A DNA stretch of 64,000 bases from assembly GCA_039586795.1 (NCBI GenBank), contig JBDHJS010000006.1, forward strand, positions 119,137 to 183,136. The letters are read 5' to 3'. The position numbers were made by a program, and so were the translations under genes. The notes under the pieces were generated by a model, which saw only the letters and a list, made by a program, of their open reading frames with translations, ran no database searches and was not told the DNA's origin. This stretch comes from Gemmatimonadota bacterium. Lineage in GTDB: Bacteria; Gemmatimonadota; Gemmatimonadetes; Palauibacterales; KS3-K002. Of this stretch, positions 30,732 to 41,286 are shown piece by piece; the stretch's first letter is position 1; every line of letters starts with the position of its first letter.

Positions 30732-33182
30732 ATGGATTCCGTATTCGCCGAACTCCGCTACGCCGTTCGTCGACTCGTAGCCCGCCCCGGCTTCGCGATC
30801 ATCGCGCTGCTCACGATGGCGCTCGGGATTGGCGCCAACAGCGCGATCTTCAGCATCGTGAACGCCGTGCTGCTACGTCCGCTCCCGGTTGAGGAGCCTG
30901 GCCAGCTGGTCGAGATCTATTCCCAGGAAGAGGATGACTCAGAGCCGGTCACCCAGGCCTACCCCGACTATCTCGACATCAGAGCCCGCGACGACCTGTT
31001 CTCGGGCGTGATCGCCTACACGGCGGACTTTCTCAGTCTGAGCCAGAACGGACGCTCCGAGATGCTGTTTGGCGAGGCCGTGTCGGGCAATTACTTCGAG
31101 TTGCTTGGCGTGCCGGCGGCTCGGGGCAGGGCGTTCATCGCGGCGGAGGACGATGTGCCGGGCGCGACGCCCGTCGCGATGATCAGTCACGGCCTGTGGA
31201 CCCGGCGCTTCGCAGCGGACCCGGGCATCGTCGGTCGAACGCTCACTCTGAGAGGCCGGCAAGTCGAGGTCATCGGGGTCACCCCAGAAGAGTTTACCGG
31301 TCTCTATGTCGGGATCTCCACCGAGATCTGGGTGCCGCTCGCCGCCCAGAGCTCTTTGAGGCCGGGTGATGATCTGCTGGATGATCGAGATAGCCGGTGG
31401 CTGATGATGAAGGGTCGGCTGGGCGAGGGAGTCACATTCGATCAAGCGCAGGCCGGGCTCGATGTGCTGGCTCGCCAGTTGGCCGAAGCCTACCCCGAGT
31501 CTAACCTGAACCGCCGCTACCCTATTCTGCCGACGAACGATGTTCGTATCCATCCGATGGTGGACCGGGCGATCACGCCGGTGGCGATGATGTTGATGGT
31601 TGTGGTTGGGCTCGTGCTGCTCATCGCCTGCACCAATCTGGCCAACCTGCTACTGACGCGCGCCCTGGCGCGCCGCAAGGAAGTCGCGATCCGCCTGGCG
31701 CTGGGCGCCGGCCGCTGGCGACTGATGCGGCAGCTGCTCACCGAGAGCTTGTTGCTGGCGTTGGTAGGTGGCGCCCTGGGCCTCGCCCTGGCCAGCTGGA
31801 CGTCGACGCTACTCGTCAAGCTGCAACCCCAGGCGCTTTTCACTGTGAACCTGGACCTTGGTCTCGATTACCGAGTCTTGGGCTTCACGCTGATCATCTC
31901 CGTGCTCACTGGTGTCCTGTTCGGTCTGGCGCCGGCGCTGCAAGCGACGAAGCCCCAGGTTGTACCGGCGCTCAAGGACGAGACCGTGGTCTTCAAGGGT
32001 GATCGACGGTTCAACCTGCGGAACTCGCTAGTCGTGGCGCAGGTCGCCGTCTCATTGGTGTTGCTCATTGGCGCGGGGCTGTTCGTTCGCAGCCTGATGA
32101 ATGCGCAGAACATTGAGACCGGCTTTGAACGCGAGCACGCGGCCGTGATGACCCTCTTCGTCGACCTGAACAACAACTACACCGAAGCGCAGGGAGAAGC
32201 GTTTCTGACGGAGCTCACGTCTCGGGTGGCTAGCCTGCCCGGCGTGGAAGGTGCGGCGCTGGCCAGTCGCCTGCCGCTGGGCGCGGCGATCCACACGAAC
32301 GAGTATTTCCCGGAAGGCATCGAGCTGGCTGACGACGAGGGCTTGTCCGCCGATCAGGCGACCGTGAGCTTGGGGTATTTCGATGCGATGGGTATCCCGC
32401 TGGTCTACGGGCGTGACTTCGGCGAGCAAGACCGACTGGATGCACCGCTCGTCGTTATCGTCAGCGAGGCCGCCGCCCAACGGTTCTGGCCCGGCGAGAA
32501 CGCGGTCGGCAAGCGCTTGCGCGTTGGCAGCATTGATGGTGAACTGCACACGGTGATCGGTGTGGCTCGCGACACGAAAGTCCGAACGCTCGGCGAATCC
32601 CCCCGGCCCTACGTCTACCGTGCGTTCTTACAAGACTATCGACCGTGGCTCTCCATGGTCGTTCGCACGGCGGGAGATCCGGCGGCCGTGCTCCCCGCGC
32701 TGCGCGGGGAGGTGATGACGCTCGATGAATCGATGCCCATCGTCGAACTCAAGACGATGAGCGAGCACCTGCAGCTGATGCTATTCCTACCGCGAATGGG
32801 TGGAATGCTGTTGGGCGTCTTCGGAGCGCTCGCCATGCTGCTGGCGACCACGGGGCTCTACGGTGTCATCGCCTACAGCGCCTCGCAGCGGACCCGGGAG
32901 GTTGGGATCCGCGTGGCGCTCGGCGCGGCGCAGGGCGATGTGGTGAAGATGGTCGTGCGGCAGGGGATGATCCTGGTGATCGTAGGAACGGTGATCGGTC
33001 TCGGGCTAGCCGCGGCGGCGACACGCCCGCTGGGCAGCCTGCTCTATGGCATAGGCTCTTGGGATCTGCTGACTTTCCTCGGGATCACGTCGTTGATGAT
33101 ATCGGTGGCGCTTGCGGCGAGTCTGATTCCGGCGCTGCGGGCCGCGCGGGTCGATCCGATGGTCGCCTTGCGCCAGGAGTAG
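30732..33182 (+). CDS. ADOP-family duplicated ABC permease (MacB/FtsX-like)
   Basis: LRYAVRRL..PGF...ALGIGANSAIFS, LIACTNLANLLL, QRTREVGIRVALGA, VDPMVALRQE. Confidence 0.93.
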   Translation: MDSVFAELRYAVRRLVARPGFAIIALLTMALGIGANSAIFSIVNAVLLRPLPVEEPGQLVEIYSQEEDDSEPVTQAYPDYLDIRARDDLFSGVIAYTADFLSLSQNGRSEMLFGEAVSGNYFELLGVPAARGRAFIAAEDDVPGATPVAMISHGLWTRRFAADPGIVGRTLTLRGRQVEVIGVTPEEFTGLYVGISTEIWVPLAAQSSLRPGDDLLDDRDSRWLMMKGRLGEGVTFDQAQAGLDVLARQLAEAYPESNLNRRYPILPTNDVRIHPMVDRAITPVAMMLMVVVGLVLLIACTNLANLLLTRALARRKEVAIRLALGAGRWRLMRQLLTESLLLALVGGALGLALASWTSTLLVKLQPQALFTVNLDLGLDYRVLGFTLIISVLTGVLFGLAPALQATKPQVVPALKDETVVFKGDRRFNLRNSLVVAQVAVSLVLLIGAGLFVRSLMNAQNIETGFEREHAAVMTLFVDLNNNYTEAQGEAFLTELTSRVASLPGVEGAALASRLPLGAAIHTNEYFPEGIELADDEGLSADQATVSLGYFDAMGIPLVYGRDFGEQDRLDAPLVVIVSEAAAQRFWPGENAVGKRLRVGSIDGELHTVIGVARDTKVRTLGESPRPYVYRAFLQDYRPWLSMVVRTAGDPAAVLPALRGEVMTLDESMPIVELKTMSEHLQLMLFLPRMGGMLLGVFGALAMLLATTGLYGVIAYSASQRTREVGIRVALGAAQGDVVKMVVRQGMILVIVGTVIGLGLAAAATRPLGSLLYGIGSWDLLTFLGITSLMISVALAASLIPALRAARVDPMVALRQE

Positions 33183-33187
33183 GCTTC

Positions 33188-33253
33188 GTCGAGCACGAAA
33201 GCGAGCATGAGCAGGAGCAGGACCGAGAACTCCTGCTCGTGCTCGTGCTCGAC
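33188..33253. repeat. Hexamer-repeat hairpin (GAGCAN)n...(STGCTC)n between convergent genes
   Basis: GTCGAGCACG...GAGCAT GAGCAG GAGCAG / CTGCTC GTGCTC GTGCTC GAC. Confidence 0.8.
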
Positions 33254-33262
33254 AACAGTCCG

Positions 33263-34336
33263 CTAGGACTCCTCTAATATCTTGGCAACAACCATCTCCC
33301 CCATCGCGGAAGTCGAGATCCCACTCCTGGTATCCGCTGACGGTATCGCCTTGCTCGCCAGCAATTCGCCAACCGCGTTCTCCACGCGCGCCGCCGCCCG
33401 ATCCTCCCCCAGGAAATCCAGCATCATGCTCACCGCCGAGACCATCCCCAGCGGGCAAGCCACGTTCTTGCCCGCGTGCTTCGGCGCCGACCCATGGATC
33501 GGCTCGAACATCGAAGTCCGTCCAGGATGGATGTTGCCGGACGCCGCAATTCCCATCCCCCCCTGAATCATCGCGCCAAGGTCCGTGATGATGTCGCCGA
33601 ACAGGTTCGTGGTCACGATGACGTCGAACCACTCCGGGTTCTTGACCATCCACATGCAGCACGCGTCCACGTACGCGTGGTCGGTCCCGATACCGGGGAA
33701 ATCCTTCGCCACGTGCGCGAAGGCGCGGTCCCACACATCGTGCGGACGTATGGCGTTGTCCTTGTCGACCAGGGTGACCTGACCTTTGCCTCGCGCCTCG
33801 GCCCGCTTCGTCGCCAGCTCGAAGGCGTAGCGCGTTGCCCGCTCGCAGCCCTTCCACGTGTAGATCCCGTTGACGATCGCTACCTCGTCCGGCGTGTTGA
33901 TCTTCAGGTGACCACCGATCTGCGAGTACATCCCCTCCGTGTTCTCACGCACGACCACGAAGTCGATGTCTTCCGGCGTCTTGTCCTTCAGTGGGCACAG
34001 GTGCTCTGAATAAAGCTTGATCGGCCGCAGGTTGATGTACATGTCGAGACCGAAACGGAGGCCGAGGATCACCGAACGTTCGACCAGGCCGGGCTCGACG
34101 TCAGGGTGGCCGATCGCGCCGAGCAGCACAGCGTCCAGAGTGCCCCATTCGTCGATCACCCTGGCCGGGACGAGCTCCTTCGTCTTGATGTAGTATTCCC
34201 CGCTGTAGGGGTAGTCGACGAGCTCGTAATCGAAGTCCTCCAGCTCGGCCACCGCCTCGAGCACTTTCAGCCCCTCCTGGGCCACCTCGGGCCCGATCCC
34301 ATCACCGGGTACCGATCCGATCTTGTAGGTCTTCAT
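33263..34336 (-). CDS. leuB: 3-isopropylmalate dehydrogenase (beta-decarboxylating dehydrogenase family)
   Basis: [45 protein letters not shown]; exact substrate uncertain because no other leu genes are adjacent. Confidence 0.75.
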   Translation of the reverse strand: MKTYKIGSVPGDGIGPEVAQEGLKVLEAVAELEDFDYELVDYPYSGEYYIKTKELVPARVIDEWGTLDAVLLGAIGHPDVEPGLVERSVILGLRFGLDMYINLRPIKLYSEHLCPLKDKTPEDIDFVVVRENTEGMYSQIGGHLKINTPDEVAIVNGIYTWKGCERATRYAFELATKRAEARGKGQVTLVDKDNAIRPHDVWDRAFAHVAKDFPGIGTDHAYVDACCMWMVKNPEWFDVIVTTNLFGDIITDLGAMIQGGMGIAASGNIHPGRTSMFEPIHGSAPKHAGKNVACPLGMVSAVSMMLDFLGEDRAAARVENAVGELLASKAIPSADTRSGISTSAMGEMVVAKILEES

Positions 34337-34522
34337 CAATCCTCCCTGGGGCGACGCTTAACGTGTCGCCGGCTCCGAACGTCCTTAGAGAAGGGGAAAA
34401 CTAGCCTTCCACGGATCGGCGTAAAAGAGGGTTGGGTCGCCGGGACGCAACATTGGCCGACCCGCGGTGTCGGGATAGATTTATCGGCCCGGCCAGGGAC
34501 CATTGATTGGAGGATCGACTAT

Positions 34523-35020
34523 ATGGCGAAGCCGCATTTCCCTTGGGGCGAAGGGGTCTATCCAGCGGGCGGCATGGCGTCTGCGAAATGGAGCTATGCG
34601 CACGACCTGGTGAACATGTATCTCGGGATCGCCCACTTCGCTGACAACGAGCTCTCGCCAGAGGAACAGCGAACCTTCATGTCGCGGTTCGGACAGTGGA
34701 TCGAGGACGTCTCGCTCGAGCAGTTCGAGCAGATCTGGAGTGAGGTGGTGGCGGCCTACGAGGCCCATTCGAGCCGGGAACAGCGCTACGGCGCCTACCT
34801 GCAATCCGCATTAAACGTCGGCCGCTTCTTCGGCGACACGAAGGAGAGACTTCGAGCGGTCATCCGCGACCTGGTCGAGATCGCCGGCGCCGACGGCAAG
34901 CTCCACGAGAACGAAGTCACGATGATCAAGGCCGCGGCCGTCACGTACGGCCTGAGCGCCGACCTTCGGGTCAACGTGAAGACGGGGCGCGTCGAGCTGA
35001 CCTTGAGCGAGGCGAATTGA
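34523..35020 (+). CDS. TerB-like helical protein
   Basis: GGAGG RBS; two AD(N/G)xxxxxE motifs (FADNELSPEE, GADGKLHENE). Confidence 0.7.
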   Translation: MAKPHFPWGEGVYPAGGMASAKWSYAHDLVNMYLGIAHFADNELSPEEQRTFMSRFGQWIEDVSLEQFEQIWSEVVAAYEAHSSREQRYGAYLQSALNVGRFFGDTKERLRAVIRDLVEIAGADGKLHENEVTMIKAAAVTYGLSADLRVNVKTGRVELTLSEAN

Positions 35021-35243
35021 GTCGTTTTTGCGCCTGATCTGGAGAGGCGTGGGGCTCGAGCGGGCTCCATAGCCTTGAAATCGTTGAAGTAGCAGCGTTT
35101 TCCTTGAGATTTGGTGGGAGGTAATAGACGGTACACTCTTGCTGACAAACGTGTTATATTAGTAATCCCCACCGGTCCGGTATTCCCCAAGATCCCTGAC
35201 GCGTCCCTTTGCGCGGCGCTGTGCATCGGCGCCGGAATACGCG

Positions 35244-36236
35244 ATGGCCGAAAGAGCGACCAATTCGAGAAGACCTACGCGTACCTCGCTCTACCGCGAT
35301 GCGACTTGGCTAGCGGTGGCGCTGCGCTGGGTCCTCCTGGCGGCGGGCGCGTTCTGGCTCTATCCAGCTTACGGTCTCGAGACGGTCGCGGCCTGGATCC
35401 TCATCGGCGTCGCCGTCTACAACCTGCTGTTGACGGGACTCCATTGGTACAAGCTCCACCCCTCCCTCTGGTTTGTCGCGCTGTTCGATCTTGCCGCGAT
35501 CACCATCCTCCTGGTGCTCCTCGGCGCGGCGACGAGTCATGCGATCTTCGTGTACGGATTCATCATCCTGGCGGTCGGTCTGGCGTATGGCTGGAAGGGG
35601 ATCGCTTTCGCGCTCACCGGCTACCTGGTGGCTGAGTACGGCATTCTGCTGGCCAGCGTGGCCGAGCGGCCGGGAACCGGCTCGCTCATCGCCCGGATCG
35701 GGTCGATCGCCGTCGGCGCTCTGGTACTCGGAGCGTTGGTCGAGCGGCACGAGAATTTGCGTCTACGGCTCGCCCGGGCGACCGTCGAGCTACCCACGCA
35801 AGGCGTCTACGGTCTCCAGGAGTTCACGAAGGCGCTGGAATACCTCCATAAGCTGGCGGCACGTGGCAGATGGCCGTACTCGGTCATGGTCATCGACATC
35901 GGACTTCCCGGGATTGAACCGTCCTACAAGGGTCCCGGCATCGCTGAAGAGCTGCTGCAGCAGCTGGCGGCGGAAGCTCGGTCCGCGTTGCGATCGACGG
36001 ATATCGTGGGCCGCGTGGGCGCCGACGTCTTCGCCATCGCGATGCCCGATACTCCGAAAGAAGGCGCCGAGCACGTCGCCACCCGGATCAGACAGCGACT
36101 CATGACTCGGGCCGAGAATCTCGAGTACTTCATCGGGCTGGCCGAGACGCAGCCGTCCCGCAAGAACGGCTTTGACGAGTGCCTGCACGCGGCGTTCGCC
36201 GCCGCGCGCGAGTCGAAGCTGGTCCCGGTCGCCTGA
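35244..36236 (+). CDS. Membrane protein with degenerate GGDEF domain
   Basis: About 6 TM; SVMVIDI, RSTDIVGRVGADVF. Confidence 0.8.
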   Translation: MAERATNSRRPTRTSLYRDATWLAVALRWVLLAAGAFWLYPAYGLETVAAWILIGVAVYNLLLTGLHWYKLHPSLWFVALFDLAAITILLVLLGAATSHAIFVYGFIILAVGLAYGWKGIAFALTGYLVAEYGILLASVAERPGTGSLIARIGSIAVGALVLGALVERHENLRLRLARATVELPTQGVYGLQEFTKALEYLHKLAARGRWPYSVMVIDIGLPGIEPSYKGPGIAEELLQQLAAEARSALRSTDIVGRVGADVFAIAMPDTPKEGAEHVATRIRQRLMTRAENLEYFIGLAETQPSRKNGFDECLHAAFAAARESKLVPVA

Positions 36237-36338
36237 GCGACCGCCGCATTTCCTTCCCTAGCTGTCCTTTCCGCAGGTCCATCGACCGCCTACCTTGGCG
36301 TCGGAAACTCGAACGACTTTCAGCGGATAGGATCAGCT

Positions 36339-38015
36339 ATGCGGCTCCGTCTAGTTGGAACCCTGCTTCTGTTCACCACGGTCAGTGCGGCGCTTGCACA
36401 GGACCCGCGACCCAGCACGGTCGCCGGGCGGTCGACCGTCTATGCGCCGCACGGCGTCATCGCCACCAGTCAGCCACTGGCTAGCGCAGCGGGTCTTGCC
36501 GTGCTTCAGCGCGGCGGCAACGCCATCGACGCCGCGGTGACCGCGGCTGCCGTACTCAATCTGGTCGAGCCGCACATGACGGGGATCGGCGGCGACATGT
36601 TTGCCATCCTCTGGTCGGCGGAGGAGGGCTCGCTGGTGGGGCTCAACGCCAGCGGACGGTCCGGCTCGCTGATGACTCGAGACGAGCTGGTGGCGCGCGG
36701 TCACTCGACAGTTCCGCTGCATGGCGCCGAGCCGATCACGGTGCCCGGTGCGCTCTCGGGTTGGGCGGCGCTGCTCGAGCGATACGGGACGATCAGCCTG
36801 GCGGAAGCGCTTCAGCCGGCGATCGAGCTTGCGGAGAACGGGTTTCCGGTCTCGCCGATCATCGCGCGCCAGTGGGCGGCCGAAGTGGAGAAGCTGCAGC
36901 GGGATGCTGGAGCCCGGGCCACCTACCTGGTGGACGGACGGCGGGCGCCGGAGGCGGGAGAGTGGTTTCGGAATCCGGATTTCGCGGCGTCGCTGAGACT
37001 GATCGCGGAGCAAGGTCCGGGCGTGCTGTACGGAGGCGATCTGGGCCGCCGAATCGTCGAGGGTGTACAGGAGCTGGGTGGCTTCCTGACGCTGGAGGAT
37101 CTCGAGAGCCACGAGCCGATCTGGGTCGATCCGATGTCCATCGACTTCAAGGGCTACCGCGTGTGGGAGCTTCCACCCAATGGGCAGGGGATCGCGGCGC
37201 TGGAGATGCTGCGCATCCTGGAGGGTTTCGACCTCGAGCGGATGGGTCACAACTCGGCTGAATATCTTCATCATCTCATTGAGGCGAAGAAGCTGGCGTT
37301 CGCCGATCTGGCTCGTTGGGTGGGCGATCCGGAGTACATGACGATCGAGCCGCAGCAGCTATTGACCGACGAGTTCATTGCGTCGCGCCGCGCGCTGATC
37401 GATCCGCGCCGTGCGGCGGAGCGTGTCGAGCCCGGCGCGGCTGTAACGGCGAGCGAGACGATCTATCTGAGTGCGGCGGACGAGAGCGGCAACATGATCT
37501 CGTTCATCAATAGCATCTATTGGGAGTTCGGTTCGGGCGTCGTCGTACCGGGCACCGGCTTCGCATTGCAGAACCGGGGCGCCGGCTTCAGCATGGAGCT
37601 CGGCCTTCCGAATACCGTGGGGCCCGGAAAGCGACCGTTCCACACCATCATCCCGGCCTTCGTGACACGACCGCTTCCGAGTGGCGGCGAGGAGCCGTGG
37701 CTCAGCTTCGGCGTGATGGGCGGCTCGATCCAACCCCAGGGGCATACTCAGGTTCTGCTCAACCTGCTCCTCTTTGATATGGACCTTCAGGATGCGATCG
37801 ACGCGCCGCGCTTCCGGCACTTATCGGAACAGCGGGTCGCGCTGGAAGCGCCGATCTCCGCAACGGTGCGAGCGGCGCTCACGGCGATGGGACACGAGAT
37901 CCTGCCCGACGGTTCAGTGGCATTCGGCGGTAGCCAGGCGGTGATGCGCTTGATGCACGGTTGGGCCGCCGGCTCCGATCCGCGTAAGGACGGCTTGGCC
38001 GTCGGATATGAATAG
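36339..38015 (+). CDS. ggt: Gamma-glutamyltransferase
   Basis: GGNAIDAAV, GIGGD, LPPNGQG, ETIYLSAAD (Thr nucleophile), KRPFHTIIP, SDPRKDG. Confidence 0.93.
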   Translation: MRLRLVGTLLLFTTVSAALAQDPRPSTVAGRSTVYAPHGVIATSQPLASAAGLAVLQRGGNAIDAAVTAAAVLNLVEPHMTGIGGDMFAILWSAEEGSLVGLNASGRSGSLMTRDELVARGHSTVPLHGAEPITVPGALSGWAALLERYGTISLAEALQPAIELAENGFPVSPIIARQWAAEVEKLQRDAGARATYLVDGRRAPEAGEWFRNPDFAASLRLIAEQGPGVLYGGDLGRRIVEGVQELGGFLTLEDLESHEPIWVDPMSIDFKGYRVWELPPNGQGIAALEMLRILEGFDLERMGHNSAEYLHHLIEAKKLAFADLARWVGDPEYMTIEPQQLLTDEFIASRRALIDPRRAAERVEPGAAVTASETIYLSAADESGNMISFINSIYWEFGSGVVVPGTGFALQNRGAGFSMELGLPNTVGPGKRPFHTIIPAFVTRPLPSGGEEPWLSFGVMGGSIQPQGHTQVLLNLLLFDMDLQDAIDAPRFRHLSEQRVALEAPISATVRAALTAMGHEILPDGSVAFGGSQAVMRLMHGWAAGSDPRKDGLAVGYE

Positions 38016-38033
38016 ACAGATGGGAGTCGGGTG

Positions 38034-39128
38034 ATGGCGATAAAAGCGGCGGTGATGACGGGGCCGAACCAGCCGATCGAGATGTGGGAATTGGAGAACC
38101 CAACGATCGAGCCCGGTGGTATCTTACTCGAGACCGTAGCCAGCGAAGTCTGCGGGACGGATGTCCATCTGCACCACGGTAGGTTGGCCGGCGTTCCGTA
38201 CCCGATCATCCCCGGTCACATCAGCGTCGGCCGGATCATCGAAGCGAACGGTGTCGATACCGACGCGATGGACGTGCCGATCGCGCCCGGCGATCTGGTG
38301 ACGTTCTATGACGTTCACGAGACCTGCCACGCGTGCTACTACTGCACGGTGGCAAAACAACCGAATCGCTGCCCGAGCCGCCGCGTTTACGGAATCACCT
38401 ACTCGGCCAACGAAGGGCCGCTGGGCGGTTGGGCCGAGCGGATCTACTTGAAACCGGGCGTGCAGCTGCTCAAGCTGCCCCAACTATTGACTGCGGAAGA
38501 TGTGATTGGCGGCGGCTGTGGTCTGTTCACGGGCTTCGCGGCCGTGGAGCGCTCCGATCTGGAGCTCGGCGATACGGTGCTGGTACAGGGGACGGGCCCG
38601 GTTGGGCTGTCGGCGATCGCGTTCGCGGCGCTACGCGGTGCGGGCCGCATCATCGCCATCGGCGACCCTGAAGCTCGACTCCAGTTGGCGGATGTTCTGG
38701 GCGCCGATCTTGTGTTGTCCGTCGGCGGCGTGGCGGAAGAGGATCGTGCAGCGGTGGTGAAGGAACTGACGAACGGGCGGGGCGTCGATGTGGCGATCGA
38801 ATGCGCGGGACATCCGACGACGATCCCGGAAGGCTTTCGCTTGCTGCGGGATGGTGGGACGTATGTCATCGCGGGGCACTACACCGACGTCGGAGACGCC
38901 AGTATCAATCCCCATATCGACATCAACAAGAAGCACGCCGACGTGAGGGGGCGCTGGGGACTCGAGTTCAGCCACCTCTATCGTGCGCTTCTCCTGCTCG
39001 CCAAGAACCATGACCGCCTCCCCTTCGCCAACGTGATTGGTCAGAGCTACACCCTCGAACAGGCAAACGAAGCCCTGGCTGACGTCGAGGACCTCCGAGT
39101 CACCAAAGCGATCATCCGACCCCAATAG
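38034..39128 (+). CDS. Zinc-binding (MDR) alcohol dehydrogenase
   Basis: CGTDVH, PGH, CxxCxxC..C structural zinc, GTGPVG. Confidence 0.9.
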   Translation: MAIKAAVMTGPNQPIEMWELENPTIEPGGILLETVASEVCGTDVHLHHGRLAGVPYPIIPGHISVGRIIEANGVDTDAMDVPIAPGDLVTFYDVHETCHACYYCTVAKQPNRCPSRRVYGITYSANEGPLGGWAERIYLKPGVQLLKLPQLLTAEDVIGGGCGLFTGFAAVERSDLELGDTVLVQGTGPVGLSAIAFAALRGAGRIIAIGDPEARLQLADVLGADLVLSVGGVAEEDRAAVVKELTNGRGVDVAIECAGHPTTIPEGFRLLRDGGTYVIAGHYTDVGDASINPHIDINKKHADVRGRWGLEFSHLYRALLLLAKNHDRLPFANVIGQSYTLEQANEALADVEDLRVTKAIIRPQ

Positions 39129-39238
39129 TCGTACTCGTACCTCCTTATCTTACTCGTGATCGTACTCGTACTCGAGAACACCGCCGAGTACGAGTACGAT
39201 AATGAGTACGATAACCAGTAGGAGTACGAGTACGGCGA
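39128..39238. repeat. Hexamer-repeat hairpin (GTACTC)n...(GAGTAC)n filling a convergent intergenic gap
   Basis: Several GTACTC-like units, then about 8 GAGTAC-like units; arm order opposite to the copies at 30.6 and 33.2 kb. Confidence 0.85.
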
Positions 39239-40186
39239 TTAGAAGCGGTGGCGGCGGTCGAGGCGGAGGCTGAGACTTTCCGCTATTTCGAGGGCGGAGC
39301 GGTACTCGGAAGATGTCAGTCTGCGGTTGAGTTCGGGGAAATGCTCGGCGCAGACCCGGCCCGCCGGCCGATACTGATCCATCAGATTCACGTACGAGTC
39401 GGGCCCCAGTTCCTGGGCGATCCACTCGAGGATCGCTCGCGTCTCCTCCAGGCCGCCCGGCATCACCAGGTGTCGGATGAGGACGCCGCGCGTCGCCAGG
39501 CCATTCGCGTCGATCTGTAGCGGGCCCACCTGACGGTGCATCTCGGCGATCGCCGCCCGGGCCGCCTCCGGATAGTCCGCAGCCTTGAGGTACCGCTCGC
39601 TGCTCTCCGCTGACCAGCACTTGAAGTCGGGCATGTAGATATCGACGATACCGTCGAGCAGTACGAGGCTCTCGAGCGCGTCGTAGGCGCTGGTGTTGTA
39701 CACGATCGGCAGCGTAAGACCGTTGTCGGCTGCGATGGCCATCGCTTCGAGAACCTGCGGGACCACGTGTTCGGGGGTGACGAAGTTGATGTTGTGGCAG
39801 CCTAGCCTTTGAAGCTCTAGCATCATCGCCGCGATTTCCTCCGGCGGCGAAGCGGCCCGCGAACCGCCGGGCTTCACGGCCTGGCTTATATCGTAGTTCT
39901 GGCAGAAGACGCAGCGCAGGTTGCAGTGCGAGAAGAAGATCGTCCCCGAGCCGTTCCAGCCGCGCAACGGATCCTCTTCCCCCATATGCGGAAAGCAGCT
40001 GCTGACGACTGCGTGGCGTCCGGTCTTGCAGGCGGCCCACTTGTCCTCGAGCCGGTTGACGCTACAATCCCGGGGGCAGGCACGGCAGTCCGCCAATCCT
40101 TCGACGGCGCTCCGCGCTCGTGCATGGAGCTCACCGCTTCCCAGGTTCAGGTAGGCCGCTCGGGTCATAAAGTAAGCCTCGTCCAT
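39239..40186 (-). CDS. Radical SAM protein, PflX-like
   Basis: CRACPRDC, HMGEE, GSGTIFF, CNLRCVFCQN, HNINFVTP, YMPDFK, RHLVMPG, NLMDQYRP. Confidence 0.9.
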   Translation of the reverse strand: MDEAYFMTRAAYLNLGSGELHARARSAVEGLADCRACPRDCSVNRLEDKWAACKTGRHAVVSSCFPHMGEEDPLRGWNGSGTIFFSHCNLRCVFCQNYDISQAVKPGGSRAASPPEEIAAMMLELQRLGCHNINFVTPEHVVPQVLEAMAIAADNGLTLPIVYNTSAYDALESLVLLDGIVDIYMPDFKCWSAESSERYLKAADYPEAARAAIAEMHRQVGPLQIDANGLATRGVLIRHLVMPGGLEETRAILEWIAQELGPDSYVNLMDQYRPAGRVCAEHFPELNRRLTSSEYRSALEIAESLSLRLDRRHRF

Positions 40187-40287
40187 TCTTGCCCAGCGCA
40201 TCAAGATAAGAACGACGCCGGGCGATCAGCCAGACAGGACCGGGCGCGACTCGGTGGCAGCGCTCCGTAGAAGAGGCTTCGCAGGCG

Positions 40288-41172
40288 ATGGACTTTCTTC
40301 TGAGGATCCCGGTGGCGATTGTGGGGCTGCTTCTGGTCCGTGGGTTCATCTATCCGCGAGGCTGGGCAGGTCGTCGCATCGGTAGTGCGCTGCTGGCCAT
40401 CATCGGCGCGGCGATGGTCCTGCCGCTGGCGTCATACGATTCGCTGGGTGCGGTTGCGGCTCTAGGCCTTACGGTCATCACTCTCGTTCCTTACCGTCAA
40501 CTTGCTATCGGTTTCTTGAAGATGCGAACCCGGGCAGGCCTGCGGGCGCTGGCGGACGAGTGGGGTACCATTCTCGATGAGGATGCGGAGACCGGGCGCT
40601 GGGACGTCGAGCGAGAAGTGGAGGGCCGGAGGACGTGGGTGGGAAATGTACTGACCCACAAGGGATCCATCGATCCGAACGTGCGTAGAAAGGAGGTAGG
40701 TTACATGCTGGCGTTCGTGATCGAGCTCGATGAGGAGCCACCGTTTCTGGTTTCACTGATGTTCGGTTGGGACAAGCCTCGCTATTTCGAGCGCGAATGG
40801 CGAGCGACACACGTGATACACGGAGAGTACCTGTCATTACCGTTTGGCGATATCGGACTGGAGCGCGACCGCGGCCGAGCAACCGGCGGGGCAATCGACC
40901 GGCTCGTTCAATTGGCCAGCGTGGATGCCCGAGGCGACGGAAAGCTGATGGCTTTGGGCACCGATGCGTCGGCCTTCGCGCGGCTGTTCGACGCGGATTT
41001 GCAGCGGGCGTTCGCGCGCGTCTCGTCGCAGACCTACCCCTACGAGTTGAACGTGACCCCGACCAGCGTCAACATCTACACGACCTACTGTCCGGGCGAA
41101 GTGCAGAATGAGAACGTGCGGTTCTTGGAACGGTTGGCTCGTCGCCTGGCGGGAGAGGCGGCGCTCGGCTGA
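40288..41172 (+). CDS. Hypothetical protein with N-terminal TM helices
   Basis: Long ORF, 3 hydrophobic N-terminal segments; no recognised motif. Confidence 0.65.
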   Translation: MDFLLRIPVAIVGLLLVRGFIYPRGWAGRRIGSALLAIIGAAMVLPLASYDSLGAVAALGLTVITLVPYRQLAIGFLKMRTRAGLRALADEWGTILDEDAETGRWDVEREVEGRRTWVGNVLTHKGSIDPNVRRKEVGYMLAFVIELDEEPPFLVSLMFGWDKPRYFEREWRATHVIHGEYLSLPFGDIGLERDRGRATGGAIDRLVQLASVDARGDGKLMALGTDASAFARLFDADLQRAFARVSSQTYPYELNVTPTSVNIYTTYCPGEVQNENVRFLERLARRLAGEAALG

Positions 41173-41286
41173 CTTCACCTTGTGCAAAACCCGCTATTTC
41201 TTACATTTTTCAGTGTCGTACTGCGGCTTCCGCTCCAAGCGGCCGCTCCCCCCGCAGAGAGCCCACCACACGGCTGGAGAGTCCCC

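Noticed and set aside
39150..40040. Minus-strand ORF ending in LLIAVLVLLLVIVLIIVLVL...EYEYDHE
   Set aside because: Alternative frame of the radical SAM gene; the hydrophobic tail is just the translated hexamer repeat.
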